Positions 39,103 to 47,413 of a stretch of 64,000 nt of DNA are shown here, in pieces (the stretch's first letter is position 1; each line of letters opens with the position of its first letter). A program made the position numbers and the translations under genes. The DNA is from Planctomycetota bacterium (GTDB taxonomy: Bacteria > Planctomycetota > SZUA-567 > H5-PLA8). Under the pieces are notes generated by a model. The model was not told the origin of the DNA, did not search any database, and saw only the letters and a list, made by a program, of their open reading frames with translations. The stretch covers positions 9,569 to 73,568 of the forward strand of contig JBBRPR010000044.1 of assembly GCA_038227875.1 (NCBI GenBank), in the 5' to 3' direction.

Positions 39103-40182
39103 GTGATGAAGACCGAAGACCACCGCCTGCTCTATCTTCGCGTCAAAGACACGCTGCTGGAGCAGATCCACAGCGGCGTGCTGCGCGAAAACGCGCTCGT
39201 TCCGGCCAAGGAAGAGCTCGCGAAGTCGCTGGGCGTCAGCGACATGACCGTGCGCCGCGCGTTGATCGAACTCACCGACGAGGGTTGGCTCAAGCGCGTC
39301 CCCGGCCACGGCACGTTTGTGCGCGCGCGCAAACCCAAGCCGGCGCGCAAGGAGAACCTCTGCCTGGCCGTCGTTTCCAACACGGATCTCTCCGGCATCC
39401 GCGGAAGTTTATTTTACGTGCGGCTGTTGCAGAGCATGCATCAGGCCGCCGACACCAGCGGCGCGTTTCTGGCGATCAAGAAAGCGACCGCGCCGTACAC
39501 CGATTTTGCCGCGGCGCTTAAAGCGCAGCACATCTCCGGCATTGTCCTGATGGGCGGCGTCGACGACATGGCGATCACGACGCTGCGGGCCGCGCGCATT
39601 CCCGCGGTGCTGCTCGACAACGCGCCCCTCATCGGCGAACCACTGGACGAGGTCAACCATGCCGGCGAACCCGTCGCCTTCGAAGCCGTCAGCGAATTGA
39701 TTCAACTGGGCCACCAACGCATCGCGATCATGGTCACGCGCGCCACGTCGTACTTTTTCAAGCAGCGGCTCGATGGCTACCGGCGCGCGCTGAATCATGC
39801 GAACATCACGCCGGATCCAAAATGGGTGATCGAAGCGGAGCCCACCAGCCAGGCGGCGTACACCGCCGCGCTCCGCTTGCTGCGCGACGACAAGAGCATC
39901 ACGGCGCTATTCTGTGCCTCCGATGAACTGGCGCTCGGCGCGATGGCCGCGGCGCGGGACAGCGGTCTAAAAATTCCAGCAGACTTCAGCGTCGCCGGAT
40001 TTGGCGACATCGGCCTGTTCTCCGCGCCGGCGCTCTCATCCGTGCGCGTGCCGCTGGAGCAGATGGGCCGGCTGGCGGTCGAAACGCTGCTGCGGCGCAT
40101 TCAAGACCCGTCTTTGCCGCCGCAACAGACGATTTTAGGCTGCGAATGGATCGCACGCGGGTCGACGGGATTGCGGCGGTAA
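39103..40182 (+). CDS. GntR-HTH / LacI-type sugar-binding transcriptional regulator (AraR-like architecture)
   Basis: ELAKSLGVSDMTVRRAL..L..EG..R.PGHGTFV, plus LGHQRIA, TALFCASDELALG and IPADFSVAGF.D. Confidence 0.92.
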   Translation: MMKTEDHRLLYLRVKDTLLEQIHSGVLRENALVPAKEELAKSLGVSDMTVRRALIELTDEGWLKRVPGHGTFVRARKPKPARKENLCLAVVSNTDLSGIRGSLFYVRLLQSMHQAADTSGAFLAIKKATAPYTDFAAALKAQHISGIVLMGGVDDMAITTLRAARIPAVLLDNAPLIGEPLDEVNHAGEPVAFEAVSELIQLGHQRIAIMVTRATSYFFKQRLDGYRRALNHANITPDPKWVIEAEPTSQAAYTAALRLLRDDKSITALFCASDELALGAMAAARDSGLKIPADFSVAGFGDIGLFSAPALSSVRVPLEQMGRLAVETLLRRIQDPSLPPQQTILGCEWIARGSTGLRR

Positions 40183-40208
40183 CCCTGTGGCAAATTTGTC
40201 ACAGGATT
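40181..40208. repeat. Single 28-bp palindrome of the NACC...GGTN family
   Basis: AACC-CTGTGGCAAA|TTTGTCACAG-GATT, overlapping the regulator's TAA stop. Confidence 0.75.
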
Positions 40209-40227
40209 CATTTATGGGAGTAAAACG

Positions 40228-41310
40228 ATGAGCACCAAATCAAGCAAGGCTTTGCGCGTTCTCGTAGCCGGCTGCGGCCGCATGGGCGGCTCGCACGCCA
40301 AGGTATATCACGCACATCCGGAATTCTCCGTCGCCGGCCTGGTCAGCCGCAACGAGAGCAAGGATGCGCTCAACCGCGAACTCGGCGGCGGCATCCCGGT
40401 CTTCTCCGACTACCGCAAAGCACTGGAGACCACGAAGCCCGACGTCGTCAGCATCAACACCTATCCGGACACGCACGAAGACTACGCGGTGCGTGCGTTT
40501 GAATCCGGCGCGCACGTCTTCCTGGAAAAACCGATCGCCTCAACGGTCGCCGGCGGACGGCGCGTGATCGAAGCCGCTCAACGCGCGCGCAAGAAAATGG
40601 TCGTCGGCTACGTACTGCGCCACCACCCGACGTGGACGAAATTCGTCGAAATCGCGCAGGGGCTCGGCAAGCCTCTGGTAATGCGCATGAACCTCAACCA
40701 GCAGAGCCGCGCTGAAACCTGGACGGTCGCGAAAAACCTGATGCTCACGTCGTCGCCGATCGTCGACTGCGGCGTCCACTACGTCGATGTGATGTGCCAG
40801 ATGACCGGCTCGCTGCCAATTCGAGTCTCGGCCATCGGCGCGCGGCTAAGCGACGAAATCGCCAAGGACATGTACAACTACGGCCAGCTGCAGGTCGTCT
40901 TCAAAGACGGTTCGGTCGGCTGGTACGAAGCCGGTTGGGGTCCGATGGTCAGCGAGACGGCGTACTTCGTGAAAGATGTTTTCGGACCCAAAGGCAGCGT
41001 CAGCATCACCGCGCAAACCCACAGCGACGCACGCTCCGACCGCTTCGACGCTCACGCCCGCACCGATTGCCTGAAAGTCCATCACGCGCAACTCGATGCA
41101 AAGGGCGAGTTTGTCAAGAAGGACGAACTGCTCGACATGAGCGACGAGCCCGACCACGCCGAAATGTGCCTGCGGGAACAGCAGTACCTCTTGAAAGCGA
41201 TCCGCGAAGACATCGACCTGACGCAGCACATGACCGACGCGCTGACCAGCCTGCGCATTGTGCTCGCCGCCGACGAATCGGTGCGCTCGGGGAAGACGGT
41301 GGAACTATAG
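40228..41310 (+). CDS. Gfo/Idh/MocA-family oxidoreductase
   Basis: VLVAGCGRMG.SH, HVFLEKP and DCGVHYVD motifs. Confidence 0.93.
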   Translation: MSTKSSKALRVLVAGCGRMGGSHAKVYHAHPEFSVAGLVSRNESKDALNRELGGGIPVFSDYRKALETTKPDVVSINTYPDTHEDYAVRAFESGAHVFLEKPIASTVAGGRRVIEAAQRARKKMVVGYVLRHHPTWTKFVEIAQGLGKPLVMRMNLNQQSRAETWTVAKNLMLTSSPIVDCGVHYVDVMCQMTGSLPIRVSAIGARLSDEIAKDMYNYGQLQVVFKDGSVGWYEAGWGPMVSETAYFVKDVFGPKGSVSITAQTHSDARSDRFDAHARTDCLKVHHAQLDAKGEFVKKDELLDMSDEPDHAEMCLREQQYLLKAIREDIDLTQHMTDALTSLRIVLAADESVRSGKTVEL

Positions 41311-41315
41311 CGCTA

Positions 41316-41343
41316 GACCTTTGTGCCTTTGGGCACAAAGGTC
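41316..41343. repeat. Single 28-bp palindrome of the NACC...GGTN family
   Basis: GACC-TTTGTGCCTT|TGGGCACAAA-GGTC, 5 bp after the stop codon. Confidence 0.8.
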
Positions 41344-41492
41344 TGTCCCAATCCGCACAATTTCTGAAACCCCTTGCTCGAAAACCTTCTCCCTGAGTAG
41401 CATGAGATGCTGCCCAGCCCGTTGATAACCTTTGGGCGGAGAAACGCTGCGGAATTGTGTTTTTCAACGGGCTGCCGAGGAGATTTCCTTCC

Positions 41493-42725
41493 ATGCCATT
41501 CAAATCGCTGCTCGTGCCCCTGTTTCTTTCCCTGTTCCTATTGGCACACGCGGAGGACGCCGTGACGATCGCCGAACAGACGACACTGGCCAACGACACC
41601 AACGCGTTCGCGTTGAGCCTGTATGCAACGGTGAAGAAGGACGAGAAGGCCAATCTCTTTCTCTCGCCGTACAGCGTCTCGGCGGCGCTGGCCATGACCT
41701 ACGCCGGCGCGCGCGAAAACACCGCCACGCAGATGGAGCAGGCGCTCCATTTTACGCTCGGTCAGAAGCGGCTGCACCCCGTCGCTGGCGCGTTGTATCT
41801 CGACTTGAACGCCGCGGAGAAGAACGGCAAGAAGCGCGGTTTTCAGCTCAGCGTCGCCAACCGGCTCTTTGCGCAGAAGAACTACAAGCTGCGTGCCGAT
41901 TTCATGGAGCTGACGCAACACGCGTACGGCGCGGGCGTCGAGGAGCTGGACATTACCGCCGATGCCGAGGCCGCTCGGCAGTACATCAATACGTGGGTCG
42001 AAAAGAAGACCAACACGCGCATCAAGGATCTGATCCCGCCCAAAGGCGTCCGGGGTTCGGTGCTGGTGCTGGTCAATGCGATCTACTTCAAGGGCGATTG
42101 GTCGCATCCGTTTGAAAAGGCCGCGACGGTCAACGCGCCATTTCACGCTGCCGACGGAGACGTCGACGTACCGTTGATGAACCAGACCGGCGAGTTCGGG
42201 TATTTTGAAACGGATGGTGTTCAGGGATTGGAGCTTCCCTATTCCGGCGACGAATTGTCGATGGTCGTGCTGCTTCCCAAGAAGGCCGGCGCGTTGGCGC
42301 AGTTGGAAGACGCTCTGACGCCGGCCGGTCTGCAAACCATGCTCACAGCGCTTGCGCCTCAGGAGGTACAGGTCGGGCTGCCCAAGTTCAAAATCAAATG
42401 GGGCACAGTGAATCTCGCGGACGCGATGCAGAAGCTCGGCATGACCGACGCGTTTCAGGCGAATGCGAACTTCTCCGGCATCACTGACTCGCCGGATGGC
42501 ATGTTCATCGGCGCGATCTTTCACCAGGCCTTCGTCGACGTCAACGAAGAAGGAACCGAAGCCGCGGCCGCCACGGCGGTGGTGATGAAACCCGGCGGCG
42601 CGCCACCGGCACGCAAAGAACCGAAAGTCTTCCGCGCGGACCGGCCGTTCCTCTTCCTGATCCGCGAAAGGGCGACCGGGACGATTCTGTTCATGGGGCG
42701 GGTGCTTAATCCCAAAGGGGAATGA
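41493..42725 (+). CDS. Secreted serpin (serine protease inhibitor)
   Basis: NLFLSPYS, INTWVEKKTNTRIKDL, LVNAIYFKGDW, hinge VNEEGTEAAAAT and FRADRPFLF.I...ILFMGR; signal peptide. Confidence 0.97.
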   Translation: MPFKSLLVPLFLSLFLLAHAEDAVTIAEQTTLANDTNAFALSLYATVKKDEKANLFLSPYSVSAALAMTYAGARENTATQMEQALHFTLGQKRLHPVAGALYLDLNAAEKNGKKRGFQLSVANRLFAQKNYKLRADFMELTQHAYGAGVEELDITADAEAARQYINTWVEKKTNTRIKDLIPPKGVRGSVLVLVNAIYFKGDWSHPFEKAATVNAPFHAADGDVDVPLMNQTGEFGYFETDGVQGLELPYSGDELSMVVLLPKKAGALAQLEDALTPAGLQTMLTALAPQEVQVGLPKFKIKWGTVNLADAMQKLGMTDAFQANANFSGITDSPDGMFIGAIFHQAFVDVNEEGTEAAAATAVVMKPGGAPPARKEPKVFRADRPFLFLIRERATGTILFMGRVLNPKGE

Positions 42726-43300
42726 ACATGGCGTGGGATGAATTCACACGCGATGGCGTGAAGGGCTATACCGGCGACGCGCCAATCGATGCGTTCGCCG
42801 TGGCGCTGGCGGATATCGCGGCGAGCTACGAAGACCAGTTCAAGCGCAAACCCACCGTCGTGGAACTGCTGCGCGCGCTAACCACCGTGCTTCGTGCGTC
42901 GCCGGAGCGCTTCGTATCCGATCCGGCGGGCGTGGATTTCGACAGCCTCTCCGTGAAGCGCGATGCGGCCGCACGCCAGCAGGTCGTGCTCGACTTTTCC
43001 CAATGGGAAGCGGGATATTCCGACCGCGAGAATCCCGGCTATTACGTGGTCTGGAAGAAGAAGAATCCCGATCTTGACCTCTTGCGCATTGAGGATTTCG
43101 GAAAGCCGGCAGAGACGTTGAAATGCGATTTTACCGTGTTGACCACGGAACCGGATCTTACGGACGAAGTCGCTCAGGCACTAATTATTCAAACCGTGTT
43201 GAGGACGTTTACGCAAAACTATTATTCAAAGGCATGCACAACGCTGGTGTTCACGAATCGTAAAACGGGACGATCGTGGACCGTTGCCTTCGCCGGTTGA
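42722..43300 (+). CDS. Hypothetical protein coupled to the serpin gene
   Basis: ATGA overlap with the serpin stop; 192-aa ORF; no motif recognised. Confidence 0.65.
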   Translation: MNMAWDEFTRDGVKGYTGDAPIDAFAVALADIAASYEDQFKRKPTVVELLRALTTVLRASPERFVSDPAGVDFDSLSVKRDAAARQQVVLDFSQWEAGYSDRENPGYYVVWKKKNPDLDLLRIEDFGKPAETLKCDFTVLTTEPDLTDEVAQALIIQTVLRTFTQNYYSKACTTLVFTNRKTGRSWTVAFAG

Positions 43301-43307
43301 AATTCAG

Positions 43308-43523
43308 TTAGTGTTTCTGCGATTTCCGGTCGATTTCGTCGCGATCGGCATCGATCTTCTTCAAGGCCTTGCCAAACATCGCCAGCGCGGAAAGGAAAAA
43401 GACCGCGCCGAAAAGCGCGAAGACATTCGCGGCGGTTTCGTGCGGGTGTTCGGCCAGTGCGTTGACGAAAAAAAGCATAAAACAAACGCCGGCACCCACG
43501 AGCAAGAGCAGTCCCCACTTCAT
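43308..43523 (-). CDS. Small two-TM membrane protein
   Basis: Two hydrophobic helices and a charged tail. Confidence 0.5.
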   Translation of the reverse strand: MKWGLLLLVGAGVCFMLFFVNALAEHPHETAANVFALFGAVFFLSALAMFGKALKKIDADRDEIDRKSQKH

Positions 43524-43684
43524 CGCAAACCTCAATTTCAATCCCAGTTATTTTCAAAGCATATCCGCCTTTGCGTTCGGAAAAATGGATTATCGACGCC
43601 GCGTCACTTCCAGTTTGGTCAATACTTTGCAATTCCCATTTTCGTCCGCATCCCGCTCGGGATGCATTTATTCAGGAGGCGATC

Positions 43685-44086
43685 ATGACACGGTTCATAC
43701 CCACATTAGTGCTGCTCGCCGCGGTTGCGGGACTCTCGTCCTCGCGCGCGCATGCCAGCGACGTCAACGTTTCACTCGGGTTCGGTCATAACCACGGATA
43801 CTACTATCCGTACAGCACCGTCTACGAGTACGACCCGTACGTCACGTACTATGACGACTCGGGCGTCTATCCGTACGCGTACGATACGTACGGCTACTAC
43901 CGGCCGTCGTACAACTGGAACACCAGCGTGAACTGGTACTCCGACTGGCACGGCAGCCACAACTACGATCATTCGTACTGGCGCGGCCGCGACACCGGCT
44001 ACCGCTATGGCCGTTCTAATGCGGTCAACACCGGCACGCGCAGTTCCGCATCGTTCCACAGTGGTGGTGGCAGGGGCCATCGCTAA
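43685..44086 (+). CDS. Secreted Tyr/Gly-rich low-complexity protein
   Basis: RBS AGGAGG, signal peptide ending AHA, then a YYYPYS...YYDDSGVYPYAYDTYGYY tract. Confidence 0.75.
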   Translation: MTRFIPTLVLLAAVAGLSSSRAHASDVNVSLGFGHNHGYYYPYSTVYEYDPYVTYYDDSGVYPYAYDTYGYYRPSYNWNTSVNWYSDWHGSHNYDHSYWRGRDTGYRYGRSNAVNTGTRSSASFHSGGGRGHR

Positions 44087-44123
44087 ATCATTTAACCATG
44101 CGAATTGAAAAGGAGTCGCAGCT

Positions 44124-44738
44124 ATGAATATGAAATTACCGATGCTCGCCGCAATGCTGAGCCTCAGTGGAATGGCGATGGCGTGCGAGTACGACAATCA
44201 GCCCGTGCGGACGAGCTACGCGCCGGAAGTGCGGGACCAGCAGGTCCAGCGCGACGACCGGGACATGCGCGACCAGCGCGATCCACGCCCCGAGAACGTT
44301 GCCGACAATCAGGGTCAGCCGCCGTCGGAACAGGCGCTGGAGCCCAACGAAAACGGCGAGATGCATGAACGCCTCGGCATTCGCCAGCGCATGGTCGCCG
44401 GAAAAATTTCCGACACCAAGGAACTCTCGATTGAAGGCCAGAAGGAAGATCACGTGCTGGCGAAGATCGAAACGATGCACGGCAACACGGTGGTCGTGGA
44501 CCTGGGACCCCGCAAGACGATGCCCAACGTTTCGCTCAACAACGGCGCGGAGCTGGCGGTGTTCGGCACGGTCGGCCGCTTGAACGGCTTCCCGCTGATC
44601 ATCGCTGAAAAGGCGGCTGAGATCCACGAGATCCCGGGACGCCAGGAAGAAGTGAAGGCCCAGGCGGAAAACCAGCCGGGTGGTCCGGCCCCGATTCCCG
44701 CCAAGAGCGTCGATCCCAAACCGAACGACGCTCGTTAA
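44124..44738 (+). CDS. Secreted hypothetical protein with an OB-fold-like domain
   Basis: RBS AAGGAG, signal peptide, VAGKI...VVVDLGP...L..G.ELAV.G. Confidence 0.7.
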   Translation: MNMKLPMLAAMLSLSGMAMACEYDNQPVRTSYAPEVRDQQVQRDDRDMRDQRDPRPENVADNQGQPPSEQALEPNENGEMHERLGIRQRMVAGKISDTKELSIEGQKEDHVLAKIETMHGNTVVVDLGPRKTMPNVSLNNGAELAVFGTVGRLNGFPLIIAEKAAEIHEIPGRQEEVKAQAENQPGGPAPIPAKSVDPKPNDAR

Positions 44739-44765
44739 TGCAACACGGACGTCACGGAAAGGAAG

Positions 44766-44797
44766 CGCGCCTCGAGATTCGAGGCGCGTCTTATTTT
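44766..44797 (+). terminator. Rho-independent terminator
   Basis: CGCGCCTCGA/TCGAGGCGCG stem followed by TCTTATTTT, between convergent genes. Confidence 0.65.
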
Positions 44798-44800
44798 GAA

Positions 44801-46183
44801 TTACTTCGACGATCCGTCGCTGAGATTCTCAAGCGAGAACGATCGCGCGGTCGACGCTTCCGTCAGGACAAGGCCCGCAGCGCCGACACGTTCGCGACAG
44901 AACGCCAGCAGGCTGAGCAGGCCTTCGCGATCGGAATGAAACGTGCGGCCGTGGCCCGGATGGCAGCATGGATACGGCGTCGCAGCATCGAGACACACGC
45001 CGTCCCACGGCTGCGCGGTGAGCAACGCGTCGATCTCGCGTTTCAAAAAGTCGAGCCACCCGCTCTGCAGGCACATCAGTCCGCCGCTGACCTCATTGCC
45101 GCGCCACGACTTGATGATGCCCAGCGACGGCGCGGCGGAGTGCATCCATTCACTGCCGTGCTGCGCGAATTCCGGCGCGGCGGGATGCAGTTCGTGCGCC
45201 GAAATCTTCGCCACGATTTTCAAGCCCTGAGCGTGCGCTGCGTCGACAACCCGGCTCAATTTCGCGGCGTCAGCACCGTGCTCCACGGCGCAGCAGACAA
45301 CTTTTGTGCCCGAGGCCGCCATCGCTTTCAGCGCCTCGTCGCCCGCATTGATTCCAATCTGCGGCGCGGTGAGGCGCGAGGCCAGCGCCGGCAGCGCCAT
45401 GCCCAGCCGCATCGCGATTTTTCCCTGGATGACGGTGGTCGCGCGGCGCTGCGCCATGCAGTAGGGCATCCAATCGATCTGCGTGCCGTCCGGAATCTCA
45501 GCGACGCGGTAGAAGCCCAGGCCCACATCGCTTTTGCAGGCGTAATCCCACGCGGCCAGGTCGGAGCCGGGAAACAGTTCCATCCCTTCGCCCGCGCGGT
45601 CCACGCACTGAATCTGCAGCGGCGTGAAGCGGGTCAGGAACGCGGTGGTGTTGGGAACGAGACTGAATTCCGCGCCCGCGCCGAGCAGATCCGCGCCGCC
45701 GGCCTGCGTCGGATGGAGCCGCACCGAACAGTGCGTCATGCCGCGCCGCAGAATTACGCTCGCGCCACACAGTTCAATCACGTCCGGGCAGCCGCAGTCG
45801 GACATGATCTCGAGCGTCGACCAGATCAGTCCGTGCGCGTGGTACTCCGTCCGTCGGCGGTAACCGACAGGAATGTTCGCGCCGCTTTCGTCGCGGAACA
45901 CGCCCTCGGCAATCACCACCGTTGCGCCGCCGGCAACTTCATGCCGCAGCGTTGCCTTCGTATCGTAACTTTCGCGATAATGGCGCGTGGTGCCATCGGC
46001 ATTCAAGCAGCGGATCGCGCTGGTGATCGGTCCGTTGAGCAGGTTGCCGCTCGTGCCGCGCACCAGCACGATCGCCGTGCACGCGCCGCCGTGGGGCGCA
46101 TGGTGTTCGAACATCCACGTGCCCGTGTTGACACGGAGGCCGTTGGTGAACTCTTCGACTTTGATCGCGGAGGTCTGGGGCAT
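44801..46183 (-). CDS. Hypothetical protein; C-terminal half resembles a glycoside-hydrolase TIM barrel
   Basis: LSRVVDAAHAQGLKI..., MCLQSGWLDFL...WDGVCLD...C.HPGH. No signal peptide. Confidence 0.6.
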   Translation of the reverse strand: MPQTSAIKVEEFTNGLRVNTGTWMFEHHAPHGGACTAIVLVRGTSGNLLNGPITSAIRCLNADGTTRHYRESYDTKATLRHEVAGGATVVIAEGVFRDESGANIPVGYRRRTEYHAHGLIWSTLEIMSDCGCPDVIELCGASVILRRGMTHCSVRLHPTQAGGADLLGAGAEFSLVPNTTAFLTRFTPLQIQCVDRAGEGMELFPGSDLAAWDYACKSDVGLGFYRVAEIPDGTQIDWMPYCMAQRRATTVIQGKIAMRLGMALPALASRLTAPQIGINAGDEALKAMAASGTKVVCCAVEHGADAAKLSRVVDAAHAQGLKIVAKISAHELHPAAPEFAQHGSEWMHSAAPSLGIIKSWRGNEVSGGLMCLQSGWLDFLKREIDALLTAQPWDGVCLDAATPYPCCHPGHGRTFHSDREGLLSLLAFCRERVGAAGLVLTEASTARSFSLENLSDGSSK

Positions 46184-46240
46184 GCGGCGTAGTATGAAGT
46201 AAACATTGCGCGGACGCAAGACGCCGTCGCGGTACTACGG

Positions 46241-47206
46241 TTACTCACCGCTGGTGCCTTCGGCGGGCTGCGCGGTTTCCGTGGGATGCGGTTCGGGCGG
46301 GCGTGTTTCCATGTTCGTCATCGTGTTGCTCTTGCGCGCCTTGAACGCCATCACCATTGCCTTGGCTTCGTCCATCTGACGCAGACCTTCCAGCAGCAGC
46401 GCCATGGTATTGCCTTCGATCGTGCGCTTCTCCGACGGCTCGGTGCCTTCAAAGCGGAACGCTCCCGAGCGCAAATGGAAGAGCAGGAAGAGCGCATCAG
46501 GGCCTTCGATCTCGTTGAGTTCCGCGTGGCGCACCGCGCCTTCGACGAAGTGAATCGTGCCGACGCGTTTGCCGTCGGTGAGCTTGAGTGTGCCGGTCAC
46601 CTTCATCGGTTCGAACATGCTCAGCAGCTTGGTGACGTCGAGCGCGCCGAGTTTCCCGGAGAGAATGCCGGGCGCGTTGAGCAGCTCTTCGGCTTCGCCC
46701 TTGGGACCCGGCGCCATGCCCATCAGCGTCCCGCCCTTCAGCAGCGCCATGGTGCCGGTGCTGGTGACGGACGAATTGGCGGTGGTCGGCAGACCCGTGT
46801 GCGTTTCGCGGACGCTCTTCTGTTCCAGCAGCGCGCGAACGGCAGTCAGAAACAGCTGCGACGAACAGGGCAGCACGAGGTACCCGTCGCGGGCGATTTC
46901 CGGGCCCATCGCGTCGAGTTTCGTGACTTTGTAATCTTTGCGGATCAGGAACAGAAAGGGGATGCGGCAGAATTTATCGGCGGAGCGCACCGCGCGGAAG
47001 AGTGTCAGCGAATCGCCGCTCATCGTGGTCAGATCCAGCACGATGCAGGCGACGGTGCCGACTTTGATGCAATCCCAGGCGTCTTTGGCGTTTTGTGCGG
47101 TCAGTGCGGTTTCGTCGGATTGGTGGAGTATCGCGGCGAGCGCACCAAGGGTGTTGTCGCTCTGACAGACCAGTAAAACACTGCGCGCATTCCCAGCCTG
47201 AGCCAT
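46241..47206 (-). CDS. Atypical receiver domain fused to a DUF4388/PATAN-like domain
   Basis: CIVLDL...IPFLFL receiver fold. C-terminal LSGKLG.L....LL.......TG.L.......G.I.F..G.V.HA...G.DAL..L.....G.F.F...I.....ALLLEGLRQMDE. Confidence 0.85.
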   Translation of the reverse strand: MAQAGNARSVLLVCQSDNTLGALAAILHQSDETALTAQNAKDAWDCIKVGTVACIVLDLTTMSGDSLTLFRAVRSADKFCRIPFLFLIRKDYKVTKLDAMGPEIARDGYLVLPCSSQLFLTAVRALLEQKSVRETHTGLPTTANSSVTSTGTMALLKGGTLMGMAPGPKGEAEELLNAPGILSGKLGALDVTKLLSMFEPMKVTGTLKLTDGKRVGTIHFVEGAVRHAELNEIEGPDALFLLFHLRSGAFRFEGTEPSEKRTIEGNTMALLLEGLRQMDEAKAMVMAFKARKSNTMTNMETRPPEPHPTETAQPAEGTSGE

Positions 47207-47315
47207 AACTTTGTCATCATGGCACCGAAGCACTTGCAATTCAACTACCGTCTACAGCGCATTTGCGCGCTATAGGGTGGAATAACGTCTGGACGCAGGA
47301 AGTTTCTGCCGATGC

Positions 47316-47398
47316 CACCGTGGTTACAATTGTAACAGGGGTACCTCAGGCAAATTTGCCTGAAGGTCGGACCTTGTCGACCGGTGTCGACAAGGGTC
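47316..47398. repeat. Abutting triplet of NACC...GGTN palindromes (28, 27 and 29 bp)
   Basis: CACC-GTGGTTACAA|TTGTAACAGG-GGTA (47316-47343); TACC-TCAGGCAAA|TTTGCCTGAA-GGTC (47342-47368); GACC-TTGTCGACCG|GTGTCGACAA-GGGTC (47370-47398). Confidence 0.8.
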
Positions 47399-47413
47399 AA
47401 ACAATCCGGAAGT

